Shown here in pieces: positions 27,133 to 36,555 of a stretch of DNA of 64,000 nucleotides. The notes beneath the pieces were generated by a model. The model was given only the letters and a program-made list of their open reading frames with translations, was not told where the DNA came from and searched no databases. The stretch is from a virus (Duplodnaviria > Heunggongvirae > Uroviricota > Caudoviricetes): the IMG/VR virus record IMGVR_UViG_2925939204_000001, one strand, 5' to 3'. Position 1 is the first letter of the stretch. Every line of letters begins with the position of its first letter. Position numbers and translations under genes: made by a program.

Positions 27133-27884
27133 GACTGCTGATAGGTAAATTTTATCCTGGTAACTTTGCCGCCTTCCGTCACCTCTGAGAAGACTATTTT
27201 CATTTTTGTATTTTTTTCAATCTCTGCTACAGCCTTCGTTAAAAAACTTCTCTTAAATTCGGCATACCGCTGATAGCTTTTTGGTAACCCATAACGCTCC
27301 CGCATCCATTCGACGCCAAGTATGGCAAAGCCGCTTCCATCATCCTTCCTGTACTGGCATAAGGACTCATAAAGCCGCATAGAATAAGGATTTGTAAGGC
27401 GAGATACTTCGGTAAAATTCAGCCTTGTGAATCTCTTATCAAGCAGAGTAAAAAACGGCATGAGATATGGATTAAGATGAATAATGTAAGTCCCGCGCCG
27501 TGGTGAATAGGCATCCTTAATCATCCAGGGATAAGACTCATAACTGTCTTCTGATTCGGTCGATTCATCAGGGTTATATATCGTAACTTTCTTCTCGCTA
27601 AGACCTGAAATGGCCTTACGAATATCCTTGCTGGCTTCAGCAGAGGGCAAATTATACATCTCTGCATATTCGTTGACCGTCAACTCACAGGCACCTGAAC
27701 CAAGAACGCCATCCTTAGAAGCATAGCGAAGTCTTCCCACCACAATAAACAACAGTCGCTTTTGGTCGCGAGTCAGGTGATAAGCAGCCTCCGTGATCTC
27801 ATTGGCTTGTGCCAGACTACGACTAATAGGTGTCGCTGACTCAATCAGGCTGACGGCTTTTGCTGTTAATTCCGCTCTGTTCAT
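27129..27884 (-). CDS. repA: iteron-binding plasmid replication initiator RepA
   Basis: Flanked on both sides by iteron arrays; start set at internal ATG (MNRAELTAK...) because the track start at 27917 would overlap the first origin iteron. Confidence 0.8.
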   Translation of the reverse strand: MNRAELTAKAVSLIESATPISRSLAQANEITEAAYHLTRDQKRLLFIVVGRLRYASKDGVLGSGACELTVNEYAEMYNLPSAEASKDIRKAISGLSEKKVTIYNPDESTESEDSYESYPWMIKDAYSPRRGTYIIHLNPYLMPFFTLLDKRFTRLNFTEVSRLTNPYSMRLYESLCQYRKDDGSGFAILGVEWMRERYGLPKSYQRYAEFKRSFLTKAVAEIEKNTKMKIVFSEVTEGGKVTRIKFTYQQS

Positions 27885-27906
27885 AACCCTGTGTGATCCT
27901 TCAAAT

Positions 27907-28026
27907 GGTGAGGGCAATTTTTACACCACTTTGAGGGCAATTACTACACCTTTTGAGGGCAAATCTTACACCTTCTGAGGGCAAATCTTACACCGATCGT
28001 ATTTAATTGAGGGCAAATCTTACACC
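27907..28026. repeat. origin iterons: five direct repeats of TGAGGGCAA(A/T)TCTTACACC at 22-23 bp spacing
   Basis: Copies start 27909, 27932, 27954, 27976, 28008; followed by A-tract repeats, DnaA-box-like CTGTGGATATG and inverted iteron at 28149-28167. Confidence 0.8.
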
Positions 28027-28213
28027 AGCCTCCTCTACAGCCCGCGCCACTACTGGCCCCAGCGACGCCTAAAAAGGATCTAAAAAGGATTAAAAATGGA
28101 AAAAGGTTTATAAAAATACTCTGTGGATATGTGAGTAGCGTCACTTAAGGTGTAAAAATCACCCTCAATAATCGCTTCTCGACCGGCAAAGATCTTCATT
28201 CAATCCCCATCGC

Positions 28214-28234
28214 AAATCACACACTCCCTATCCT
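28214..28234 (+). promoter_or_regulatory. late-promoter-like element AAATCACA-N7-TATCCT
   Basis: ~40 nt upstream of 28273 gene. Confidence 0.4.
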
Positions 28235-28272
28235 CTGGAAAATGAACAGATACCTGCTTTTCGGAGGAATAA

Positions 28273-29094
28273 TTGAACATTCCAAAATTCCCATTGCCTT
28301 CCCGTCCTGAGACAGAAATTCAGTTCCACGCCCCTACCGTGAAGGATGCGCTGAAATATTCTGACCTGAACCCGGCAGAAGATGAGGCAACGACTACAGA
28401 GTACCTTAACTCTATGCAGGATGGTGAAATTAACGACAGTGCTAACTGGACAGTTCAGGACCGCAGAACTGCTCTTTGGTGGATATTTGTTAATTCGCGC
28501 CCCGATGCAGTAATGACCTACTCCTATGAGTGCAGTCACTGCGGTAATACGCATCATGCAGATATTAACCTGAGCGACCTGGCCCAAACAGTAGAAATAC
28601 TCACTGTACCTCCTTACGTGAAAACCAACGTACCAGTAAATGGAGTACCAACTGACTGGATACTTAAACCATTAACCGGGAAAGGCGCGGAACTCCTTGA
28701 ACGAATGCGAGCGTCACTTCCTGATATGAAAACTCCCGAATACAGTGCTGGCGTAGCACGGATGCGAATTGCTGAACTCGCTTTATGCACGGCGCTTGAA
28801 GACGATCCGGAGGACTTCACGCAGGCCGCTAACCGACGCTTTGACATCATTGAAAGCATGGCGCTTGAAACCGAATTTACCCCGCTTGTGGCTCGCATAC
28901 AGCTTATGCAAAAAGACCTACGCCACGGCCTGAAAATGTCTATTGAGAGAGGCTCAAGCCGACTGATCCTGCCTCCGCAACATTGCAAAAACGCTAAGGA
29001 GGGTGCAGATGTGACAACCACACTGTACGTCCCCTTTCTCAATAGAGAGTTTATCCCATCAATTAGATCTGAATGGATGGCTAACCATTATTAA
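28273..29094 (+). CDS. hypothetical tail-module protein with CxHC zinc-ribbon-like motif (273 aa, TTG start)
   Basis: GGAGG SD; YECSHCGNTHH motif. Confidence 0.5.
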   Translation: MNIPKFPLPSRPETEIQFHAPTVKDALKYSDLNPAEDEATTTEYLNSMQDGEINDSANWTVQDRRTALWWIFVNSRPDAVMTYSYECSHCGNTHHADINLSDLAQTVEILTVPPYVKTNVPVNGVPTDWILKPLTGKGAELLERMRASLPDMKTPEYSAGVARMRIAELALCTALEDDPEDFTQAANRRFDIIESMALETEFTPLVARIQLMQKDLRHGLKMSIERGSSRLILPPQHCKNAKEGADVTTTLYVPFLNREFIPSIRSEWMANHY

Positions 29095-29148
29095 CAACCT
29101 GACTCTGTATGGATATCAGCCCGTTAGTGACGTTGAACAATTGCCACA

Positions 29149-32100
29149 ATGGCGAGCACTCCATATGTCAAAAGCCCTGGAAGAAAAATACAAAGCTCAA
29201 GCCGGGAAACGTTGATCGCCGCTGGCAAAAGAGAGGTTATTTTGAAAGAGAATAAAGACCGTATCGCAATAATTGACGCTATTCAGGGGGCGAGCACAAA
29301 CGAACTTAACGCTCTTGCTGAGATCAAAGACGCCATTCTCTCTGGTAGAGGGTCTATAACTCAACTTGGTGAAAATCAAGGTAATGTAAGTCAAAGACTA
29401 TCCCGTAGACTCATAGCAAGCGAACCCTATGTCTCTGATGATGCCAAGAATACCCAAGCTAACCCATATATAAAACGCCTTCCGATGAAAAAAGGGAGGA
29501 CGCAGATCAACAACGGAGAAGAACGTCTCATTGTTGCAACCAACACATCAGAGCGCGTTCATTTTGCGTCATCACGCCAGTCAGCCCAAAAGTTGAAAGG
29601 TTCTGTGCCAGTAGCCGCTAATTCTGCTCCTCTTGAACCACAATCCCCCCAAAGCCAAAAAGGACCGCTTCGGGATAGTAACGGACGCTTTGTATCCCAG
29701 AAAAACAACGAAGATATAGCCAGAAAAAAAGAATGGCAGAAAGCACGTAAGGCTGACGCCAAACTACAAGAAGGCTTCCTCCGAAAATTAGGCTCCATTA
29801 TAGGGGTAGATGGCAATCAGTCTTCCAGTGAAGAGTCTTTAACAGATGCCGCAGGTGTTGGCGCTGGTGGTCCGTTGTGGATGGCTGCTCGCGGCATGTA
29901 CGACATTACTAAAGAGATCACAGGTAAAGCAGAATCTCTTAAAGAATGGGTAGAAAAGGGGAAAGGTGAGGCTTCACCTTCGAAAGCGACATCTCCAGCT
30001 ATCACTTATCCGGCGGTGGTGAACACTCAAAAAGCAACCTCTGCAACAGCATTTAATACTGCTGTTGAGACAAAATCAGCACAAGCAGTAGAAGAGCAAA
30101 CAAAAATTCTTCAGACCAATGACAACAAAATCATTGATGGTCTGGAAAATGTCTCCGACGAAGTAGTTAAGCTACGCAAATCAGTATCTTCTGGGGATAA
30201 GTTCGGCTTAAGTGATCTCTGGAAAAATCGAGCAAGCAGAAGAAATAAAATCAATATTGGCGATCAGGCTGGTAAAAATAAACGGAACAAACCGAAAAGG
30301 AAAGGTCGCAATCTGGGGAAAAAAGCCCTTTCTGTTGGTGAAAAAGCCGCTGCCGGAACCGCTGCTGCTGGAGCTGGTGCCGGAGCTGCAAAGGCTGTTA
30401 AAACAAAGGTTAGTAAAGCCAAAGACATCAGCACCACAAGCGACGCATCTAAGGGTATTGCTAAAGAAACAAAAAACACAACAAAGGCAGTTAAGCCAGC
30501 AGGTGTTGTTGCCGAAGAGGCCACAATTAAAACAGGTGAAACTGTTGCAAAGAAAAAAACCGAATCCTTAGCCCTCAAAAGTGCTGCAAAAATAGGTGTT
30601 AAATCAGCTGCTTCTACAGCTGCAAGAGCTATCCCGATCATCGGCTCGGTGGCTATGGCGGGATATGACGCTATAGATGGTTACACTGATACAGATGCGC
30701 AAAAGGCAGCCTTTGGATTAAGTGACGATGATGCTGTATCCGAACAGCAAAAAACGGCTTACGCAACAGCTAATGTGCTCGATATGGGGGGCTTGGTGTC
30801 GGGCGCAACTAACTTGATAGGGAAAGGAATTTCTGCGCTAGGATTTGAAAGAGCAGGTGAAAAACTTCAGGATTTTGATACCGGAGATATTGCTCGTGGT
30901 GTTAACGGCGCGGTAGATATCACCAAATCTGTTTTTGGTAGCCTTAAGGATACATTTTTATCCACTGACGAAAACACGAAACAAGTAAAAAAAGCTGTTG
31001 AAGACGGCACCAAAAAAACTGTCGATGCGATTCATTCTCTAGGTGAACAATTACAAGGTGGGCGTAATGGCGAGGATGGAGTTGGTGAGCACGGGTATAC
31101 TTCTCCAACTGAATTTAGTGCACCTGCCAACAACACCATTGCAGCGGATCTGAATATTGGTGGCAGCAACGCTAAAAACCGCAATTACCGAAATAATAAT
31201 CTCGGCAATCTTGTTTTTGCCAACCAGGAAGGGGCGATACTGGAATCGCCAAATGCAAAAGGTGAACAACGTTTTGCGCGATTTAACACACCTGAAGAAG
31301 GGATCAGGGCACTGGCAAACCAGGTTTCCAGCTATTACAACGGCACCAGTGCCGCAGCGGGATATCAGAAGTTGCAGACGGTATCCAGCATCATTTCAAA
31401 ATGGGCACCGCCAAATGAGAACAATACTAACCAATACATTGATAACGTCAGTAAATATCTTGGTGTATCGCCTAATGAAAAAATAGATGTCAGCAAACCA
31501 GAGGTTATGACGCAATTAGTTCGTGCAATTGCGACGAAAGAAGGCGGAAATCCGGCAGTTAATAATGAGTTCATTAAGAACGCACTTGGAGCATTTAACA
31601 CAAACACTGGTCGATGGGAGGGACAATTCTCTGACGAAACATTGGCGCGGATTAATAAAATTCAGAAAGAAAATGGTGGTCAGCTAATTGCCCGCGATTC
31701 GCAATATAGTGTTGGTCGTAAGGTAAAATATGCTAATGGAAAATCTCCAGCTCAACCAGTTTTGAATGCCGTTCCGACAGCAACACAACAGCCAATTGAG
31801 GTTGCACAACATGCCCAGGCAGTCAAAAAGCCACAAAAAACAGGCAACCAACCACAACCGATTAATCCAGAGAGCGCTGATGTTAATACCGGCTCTCCAT
31901 CGAGTTTGCTTGAGCGGTTAATCGCAATAAATGAAAGCGGAATCAGTGGTGCAAGTAATTTATTTGGCGGCGCGGCTACCAGCCTTGCTGGAACAAGTCT
32001 GGACCTGGTAAAGGATTTTGCGTTGGCTACTTCGTTTGGTTCTATATCTTCGCTTTCCGAAAAAGCGAAAGGAATGGATCAGGCTCTTACTGAAAAGATA

Positions 32101-33354
32101 TCCGGCTTAACCGGTAAATCTTTTGGATTTAAAAAAGCTTCTCAAGTGGCTGATATCGCAACAGCCATACAACAAAAACGCACTGTTAATCACGATACAG
32201 AAATCATTGATCTACTTCCGGGAGATCAAGTATCCCCTTTTACTCCGAAAACCCCACAGCAGGAGCAGGCTCTAGCAATCAGCCAGGCTATGGAGGGCTT
32301 TTCGTCTGCAGCGCCAGCACCGAAAACCCCACAGCAGGAGCAGGCTCTAGCAATCAGCCAGGCTATGGAGGGCTTTTCATCTGCAGCGCCAGCACCGAAA
32401 ACCCCACAGCAGGAGCAGGCTCTAGCAATCAGCCAGGCTATGGCGGGCTTTTCATCTGCAGCACCAGCACCGAAAACCCCACAGCAGGAGCAGGCTCTAG
32501 CAATCAACCAGGCTATGGCGGGCTTTTCGTCTGCAGCGCCAGCACCGAAAACCCCACAGCAGGAGCAGGCTCTAGCAATCAGCCAGGCTATGGCGGGCTT
32601 TTCATCTGCAGCACCAGCACCGAAAACCCCACAGCAGGAGCAGGCTCTAGCAATCAACCAGGCTATGGCGGGAGCTGCGCCAGTAGTTACCTCTGGAAAA
32701 CGAACTGTCACGGCACCAAGTGATGTGCAGATTTATGACAACGGCTACAAGGTGGTTACAGGTGAGGATAAGAGCTTCTTTGGTTCGCTATTTGATTCCA
32801 CGGTGTCAGGGCTTAAACAGGCAGGGACCGCAGTAATTCCTGCCGTTGGCGATAACCTTTCACGACTTGTTGGGGGGATTGATAGTACAGGGATATTGAA
32901 CGATCTTGTAATGCAGTCTACTGGGCAGAATAGTGCGATTGCGCGAGCTATTAGCCCATTAACAAGAAATGTTGGAGACTGGCTGAATGGAGGGATTCAA
33001 CAAACCGCTAATAGCATTAGGGGAATAGCAACTGGTGCCAATAACGCCATATTTGGCTCTGCTTCAGCTGTGCAAGAACCTTTTCTTGCTATGCCGCCAC
33101 AACTCCCTACTGTAACCGATCTCGCACGAAGCGGAATAAGACAACCATTAACTACTGACACTATAAATAACGATCCTGCTATGTTGAAGGCGCTGGATAA
33201 CATCTGCTCTATCCTGAACGATCTGCTGAATGTGAACAAGAACAATACAAAAGGCGATCCGGATAATGTTGTCAAAACATCGCAGCCGCAGCCGCGACCA
33301 CGTGCGAGCACAACTATTAATGACCAGTCGCTGGATGCTCTGCTTGAGGATTAA
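29149..33354 (+). CDS. tape-measure-like / injection protein with putative cell-wall-hydrolase domain (1401 aa; P1 Sit-like)
   Basis: Very long Ala/Lys-rich helical protein; central domain (NLGNLVFANQEG...EEGIRALANQV...KWAPPNENNT) looks glycosidase/transglycosylase-like; six tandem 25-aa repeats. Confidence 0.6.
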   Translation: MASTPYVKSPGRKIQSSSRETLIAAGKREVILKENKDRIAIIDAIQGASTNELNALAEIKDAILSGRGSITQLGENQGNVSQRLSRRLIASEPYVSDDAKNTQANPYIKRLPMKKGRTQINNGEERLIVATNTSERVHFASSRQSAQKLKGSVPVAANSAPLEPQSPQSQKGPLRDSNGRFVSQKNNEDIARKKEWQKARKADAKLQEGFLRKLGSIIGVDGNQSSSEESLTDAAGVGAGGPLWMAARGMYDITKEITGKAESLKEWVEKGKGEASPSKATSPAITYPAVVNTQKATSATAFNTAVETKSAQAVEEQTKILQTNDNKIIDGLENVSDEVVKLRKSVSSGDKFGLSDLWKNRASRRNKINIGDQAGKNKRNKPKRKGRNLGKKALSVGEKAAAGTAAAGAGAGAAKAVKTKVSKAKDISTTSDASKGIAKETKNTTKAVKPAGVVAEEATIKTGETVAKKKTESLALKSAAKIGVKSAASTAARAIPIIGSVAMAGYDAIDGYTDTDAQKAAFGLSDDDAVSEQQKTAYATANVLDMGGLVSGATNLIGKGISALGFERAGEKLQDFDTGDIARGVNGAVDITKSVFGSLKDTFLSTDENTKQVKKAVEDGTKKTVDAIHSLGEQLQGGRNGEDGVGEHGYTSPTEFSAPANNTIAADLNIGGSNAKNRNYRNNNLGNLVFANQEGAILESPNAKGEQRFARFNTPEEGIRALANQVSSYYNGTSAAAGYQKLQTVSSIISKWAPPNENNTNQYIDNVSKYLGVSPNEKIDVSKPEVMTQLVRAIATKEGGNPAVNNEFIKNALGAFNTNTGRWEGQFSDETLARINKIQKENGGQLIARDSQYSVGRKVKYANGKSPAQPVLNAVPTATQQPIEVAQHAQAVKKPQKTGNQPQPINPESADVNTGSPSSLLERLIAINESGISGASNLFGGAATSLAGTSLDLVKDFALATSFGSISSLSEKAKGMDQALTEKISGLTGKSFGFKKASQVADIATAIQQKRTVNHDTEIIDLLPGDQVSPFTPKTPQQEQALAISQAMEGFSSAAPAPKTPQQEQALAISQAMEGFSSAAPAPKTPQQEQALAISQAMAGFSSAAPAPKTPQQEQALAINQAMAGFSSAAPAPKTPQQEQALAISQAMAGFSSAAPAPKTPQQEQALAINQAMAGAAPVVTSGKRTVTAPSDVQIYDNGYKVVTGEDKSFFGSLFDSTVSGLKQAGTAVIPAVGDNLSRLVGGIDSTGILNDLVMQSTGQNSAIARAISPLTRNVGDWLNGGIQQTANSIRGIATGANNAIFGSASAVQEPFLAMPPQLPTVTDLARSGIRQPLTTDTINNDPAMLKALDNICSILNDLLNVNKNNTKGDPDNVVKTSQPQPRPRASTTINDQSLDALLED
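32245..32690 (+). repeat. six tandem 75-bp in-frame repeats (PKTPQQEQALAISQAMEGFSSAAPA)
   Basis: Units start 32245, 32320, 32395, 32470, 32545, 32620; minor variants ME/MA and IS/IN. Confidence 0.85.
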
Positions 33355-33359
33355 TACTG

Positions 33360-33734
33360 ATGCTTTACGAAATAGACGCAAGACTTCAAACGAATGAGAG
33401 CGGTGTCATTATTGCAGAAGGAAGTACCGCAGCATGGATGGCCCGACTTGACGAGTGGCTACGAACCCCTGAAGGGAGTGTTTATGGTTTACCCTCTTGG
33501 GGGAGTCCAATGGAAGAATTTAAGCACGAACCATTCGGTTCTGAAACTTCGCATATAGTTGAAGTGGCTATCGAAGGGAGAATGATGACAAAACTACGAC
33601 AAGACCTACCCGGTTTAGATGTTCAGGGGATTCGCTGTACATCCATTTCTGAAGATTCTTTATTAATCAGTTTTTATGCGAAAGGTGGGAGCATGGATAT
33701 TGTTATGCAGAAATCAAGCGAGGTGGGTGCGTGA
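33360..33734 (+). CDS. hypothetical tail/baseplate protein (124 aa)
   Basis: Immediately after tape-measure gene; 4-nt overlap with next gene. Confidence 0.5.
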   Translation: MLYEIDARLQTNESGVIIAEGSTAAWMARLDEWLRTPEGSVYGLPSWGSPMEEFKHEPFGSETSHIVEVAIEGRMMTKLRQDLPGLDVQGIRCTSISEDSLLISFYAKGGSMDIVMQKSSEVGA

Positions 33735-35161
33735 CGATTACCGAATTACTCGACAAATTTAATACCAAGCTGAATGAAAATCCCTGGTGGTCACGGTTTG
33801 TAAACAGTCAGTTTGTACAGATGCAGGCGGTGTTCGGTGCGCAGGTGATTTATATTGCACGCACATTTGCAAGTCGTGCTCTGACCGAGGGATTTATTTC
33901 AACTGCCACACGGAGAGCAAGCATTTTAGCGGGAGCTGAAGACCGCAGTTACGTCGGGAGATTTGTGAGTGCTTCATACGGCACAACTTCGATAACGAAT
34001 AAAACAGATCGGGATATAACGTTGCCTGCGGGAGCTGAGTTGCTTGCCAGCGACCAAACGCCACTTGCAATTATTAACAGTGTTGTTGTTCCAGCCGGGG
34101 GGGCTGTACACGGTGTCGAAACCAAACAGCATGAAGCTGTGAGCGTGACATTTGATGTTGAAAAAGAAACCCCCTTTCTTACGCTGTTGCTTTCCAGGGA
34201 ACTGACAAAAGAAGTGTCCAGCCTCGATGTTACTGTGATTATTAATGGTGCAGAAGAGAAATGGACCTACAACCCATTATTTCGAATGTCAAGGGACAAG
34301 AGCAAACACTATGTATTGGCATATAAGCCAACGGAACAACTTGGCGTTAAATTTGGCGATGGTTCTATGGGTATGATGCCGCCAGCTGGGTGCCAGGTGC
34401 GAATTGATGTAATGGCAAGCCTCGGTGACTACACTTTGGCTGAAGGTCAAAAGTTAGAACCTGCTGGAAATATTGCGCAATATGTGGAGTCACTGGAATT
34501 TAAAACCGATTCGATTATTACCGGAGGCGGTGGAATGGAAACCACAGAAGAAACCCGAAACCGTGCACAGTATTATGTTGCCTACGATGAACAAGTCGTA
34601 TGGGGAGGTGATTATCGTCAATTCATTCAGAACGCGGTACACGGTACGTCATGGCTTAACGTTTGGGGTGAAGCGTTACAAGAAAAAATAACCGGATTTG
34701 ATGTGCGCAACATCAATAAGATTTTCTTTTGTGGGCATAAGCCGGGCGTAAGCCAGGAACAATTAAAGTCAGAAATACTTAAATCCCTGGAGAATGTGCC
34801 AAATGAATTGAACAAGCGGTTCGAATATGTGGACACAAATGAACAGCCATTTACTATAAATTTCACAGGTATTGCACGTAAAAACGTTCTGATAGATGAC
34901 GCCAAAAACGCCATTAAAAAGGCGTTAGAGGATAATTTTGGTCGTGATTCATCTTCATTTAGTTTGTTGTTACAGAGTGATGATGATTCCCAGCAATGCT
35001 ATGCGCAGGTAAAAGTTAAAGATATTTGGCGTGTTATAGAATCACTGGATATGTTTCTCTCTTACGATATTACAACACAGAATATGAAGGATGCTGTTTA
35101 CTTCAATGACTTTATTTATCTTGACGTAAATTCATCTGCATTCAATATTTCCTATCCGTAA
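33731..35161 (+). CDS. hypothetical baseplate protein candidate (476 aa)
   Basis: Operon position between tape measure and fibre. Confidence 0.5.
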   Translation: MTITELLDKFNTKLNENPWWSRFVNSQFVQMQAVFGAQVIYIARTFASRALTEGFISTATRRASILAGAEDRSYVGRFVSASYGTTSITNKTDRDITLPAGAELLASDQTPLAIINSVVVPAGGAVHGVETKQHEAVSVTFDVEKETPFLTLLLSRELTKEVSSLDVTVIINGAEEKWTYNPLFRMSRDKSKHYVLAYKPTEQLGVKFGDGSMGMMPPAGCQVRIDVMASLGDYTLAEGQKLEPAGNIAQYVESLEFKTDSIITGGGGMETTEETRNRAQYYVAYDEQVVWGGDYRQFIQNAVHGTSWLNVWGEALQEKITGFDVRNINKIFFCGHKPGVSQEQLKSEILKSLENVPNELNKRFEYVDTNEQPFTINFTGIARKNVLIDDAKNAIKKALEDNFGRDSSSFSLLLQSDDDSQQCYAQVKVKDIWRVIESLDMFLSYDITTQNMKDAVYFNDFIYLDVNSSAFNISYP

Positions 35162-35171
35162 TGAGGCTGAA

Positions 35172-36017
35172 ATGAAAGAGAATTGGTTTAAGGAGCGGTT
35201 AACTAAAGCAAAACAGGATTCTAAGCTCTGGAGCGCCTTTATAGGCGCTTTACATGAAGTCTGGGATGAAGCTGTAGAACCAATATTAACAAGAATAAGT
35301 AACAGAAAATCCTTCTTCACTATGGACAGTGAGGATATGGATGCCCGCATTGCTGAATACGGGCGTTTTTTCGTTATCACTGAAAAAGATAAGGCCCGTA
35401 GGCCAATGCTTCTGGCACAACGTTTAGATGAAGTGCACTTTAAAGGCACTATCCTGCCTATTGAGCAGACATTCTGGCGTGAATTCGGTTGTATTCCTGT
35501 AAGTTGGGAACCGCTGTATGCTCCTGTAAATATAGAAAAACACCCCTATGGTTCATATTTTGCGACCGAAATAGAGATACCAACTGCACAGTCTCAATTC
35601 GGTGAGTTCTTCCTGACATCAAGGGGGCTGGTCGTTGTTGATCAGAACAAGCTATATCGCTCATATGGAGAGCAGGATCGAGAAGCTGCTGTGCAGAAAT
35701 TGTTATCTGACTTCGAAACAGTAATAGCCCCATTGTTGCCATTGCATATTATTTTTGATGGCGTCTCGTTTCGGCTTAGTGCAGTATTCCCTGAAGTGGC
35801 AGAAATACTAAATTGCTTGTCTACGGATATTTCGGTAATTGAAGGTGTTTATGTTACTGAGAGTATGGCTGATATGCTATCCCATAGTGATACCTCCTGC
35901 CAGGCAGACAATATTTCTCTTAACGCCATACCGAACCGAACGGCAGAAAAGCAATTACATCTTGATGTAACCCCACTCGATGCGTGGCCTTTGGATTACC
36001 ACCTTCAACCTGTTTAA
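35172..36017 (+). CDS. hypothetical baseplate protein candidate (281 aa)
   Basis: Operon position. Confidence 0.5.
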   Translation: MKENWFKERLTKAKQDSKLWSAFIGALHEVWDEAVEPILTRISNRKSFFTMDSEDMDARIAEYGRFFVITEKDKARRPMLLAQRLDEVHFKGTILPIEQTFWREFGCIPVSWEPLYAPVNIEKHPYGSYFATEIEIPTAQSQFGEFFLTSRGLVVVDQNKLYRSYGEQDREAAVQKLLSDFETVIAPLLPLHIIFDGVSFRLSAVFPEVAEILNCLSTDISVIEGVYVTESMADMLSHSDTSCQADNISLNAIPNRTAEKQLHLDVTPLDAWPLDYHLQPV

Positions 36018-36049
36018 TAATTCTTCCCCCGCATTTGGGGGAACAACGG

Positions 36050-36070
36050 AAATCACAAACTGAGCATACT
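36050..36070 (+). promoter_or_regulatory. late-promoter-like element AAATCACA-N7-CATACT
   Basis: Preceded by hairpin TTCCCCC-GCATTT-GGGGGAA; upstream of 36109. Confidence 0.4.
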
Positions 36071-36108
36071 CTCCTTTGGTTCATTGCTTATGAAGGGGCT
36101 ATGTTCGT

Positions 36109-36555
36109 ATGGCTGAAAATTTAAAGGCAAGAGATGGTAACCGCCTGTATAAGGCGCAATTGCTTTCCTACTATTATTCACGCCGCGCTGAGTCGGCGAT
36201 CGGCAAAGGTGCGCGTTTTGTTATCTCTAAGGCGTATTGGTGCAAATCTAGTCTGGTAACTGCTAATGGTGCAGGAGGCTGGAATATAGCGGACATTCCA
36301 CTCGATTTTAAATTGAGTAAAGCTCAACAGTTTGCTGTGTCCGATCTGATATTGTCCAGTGTGGATGGGATTATCACTATCAATGCAGCCTTCCCTCAAG
36401 AAAGAATGCCGGATAACACGCCTTACGACTTTAACACGCTTGTGCTTGTTGATGCTGAGGAACAGGCTTTTGCTGTGCTTTGCACCCAGCAAGACACCCT
36501 CTATAAAGGTAAACGTTACAGTATTCTCATGACAATCGAGCAAGTTGAGGGTTGA
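36109..36555 (+). CDS. hypothetical protein preceding tail fibre (148 aa)
   Basis: 4-nt overlap with fibre gene start. Confidence 0.5.
   Translation: MAENLKARDGNRLYKAQLLSYYYSRRAESAIGKGARFVISKAYWCKSSLVTANGAGGWNIADIPLDFKLSKAQQFAVSDLILSSVDGIITINAAFPQERMPDNTPYDFNTLVLVDAEEQAFAVLCTQQDTLYKGKRYSILMTIEQVEG

Noticed and set aside
26837-28167. Identity with bacteriophage P1 itself
   Set aside because: DarB-like, Dmt-like, c4/icd/ant-like and Sit-like features are P1-like, but the RepA protein, the small ParA/RHH plus ParMR partition genes and the operator motif do not match what I recall for P1; best described as a P1-like relative with swapped maintenance modules (inference from memory, not alignment)
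32226-32711. 161-aa minus-strand ORF made of repeated AIAWLIARACSCCGVFGAGAADEKP units
   Set aside because: Mirror image of the 75-bp tandem repeats inside the tape-measure gene; its repetitiveness is inherited from the sense strand
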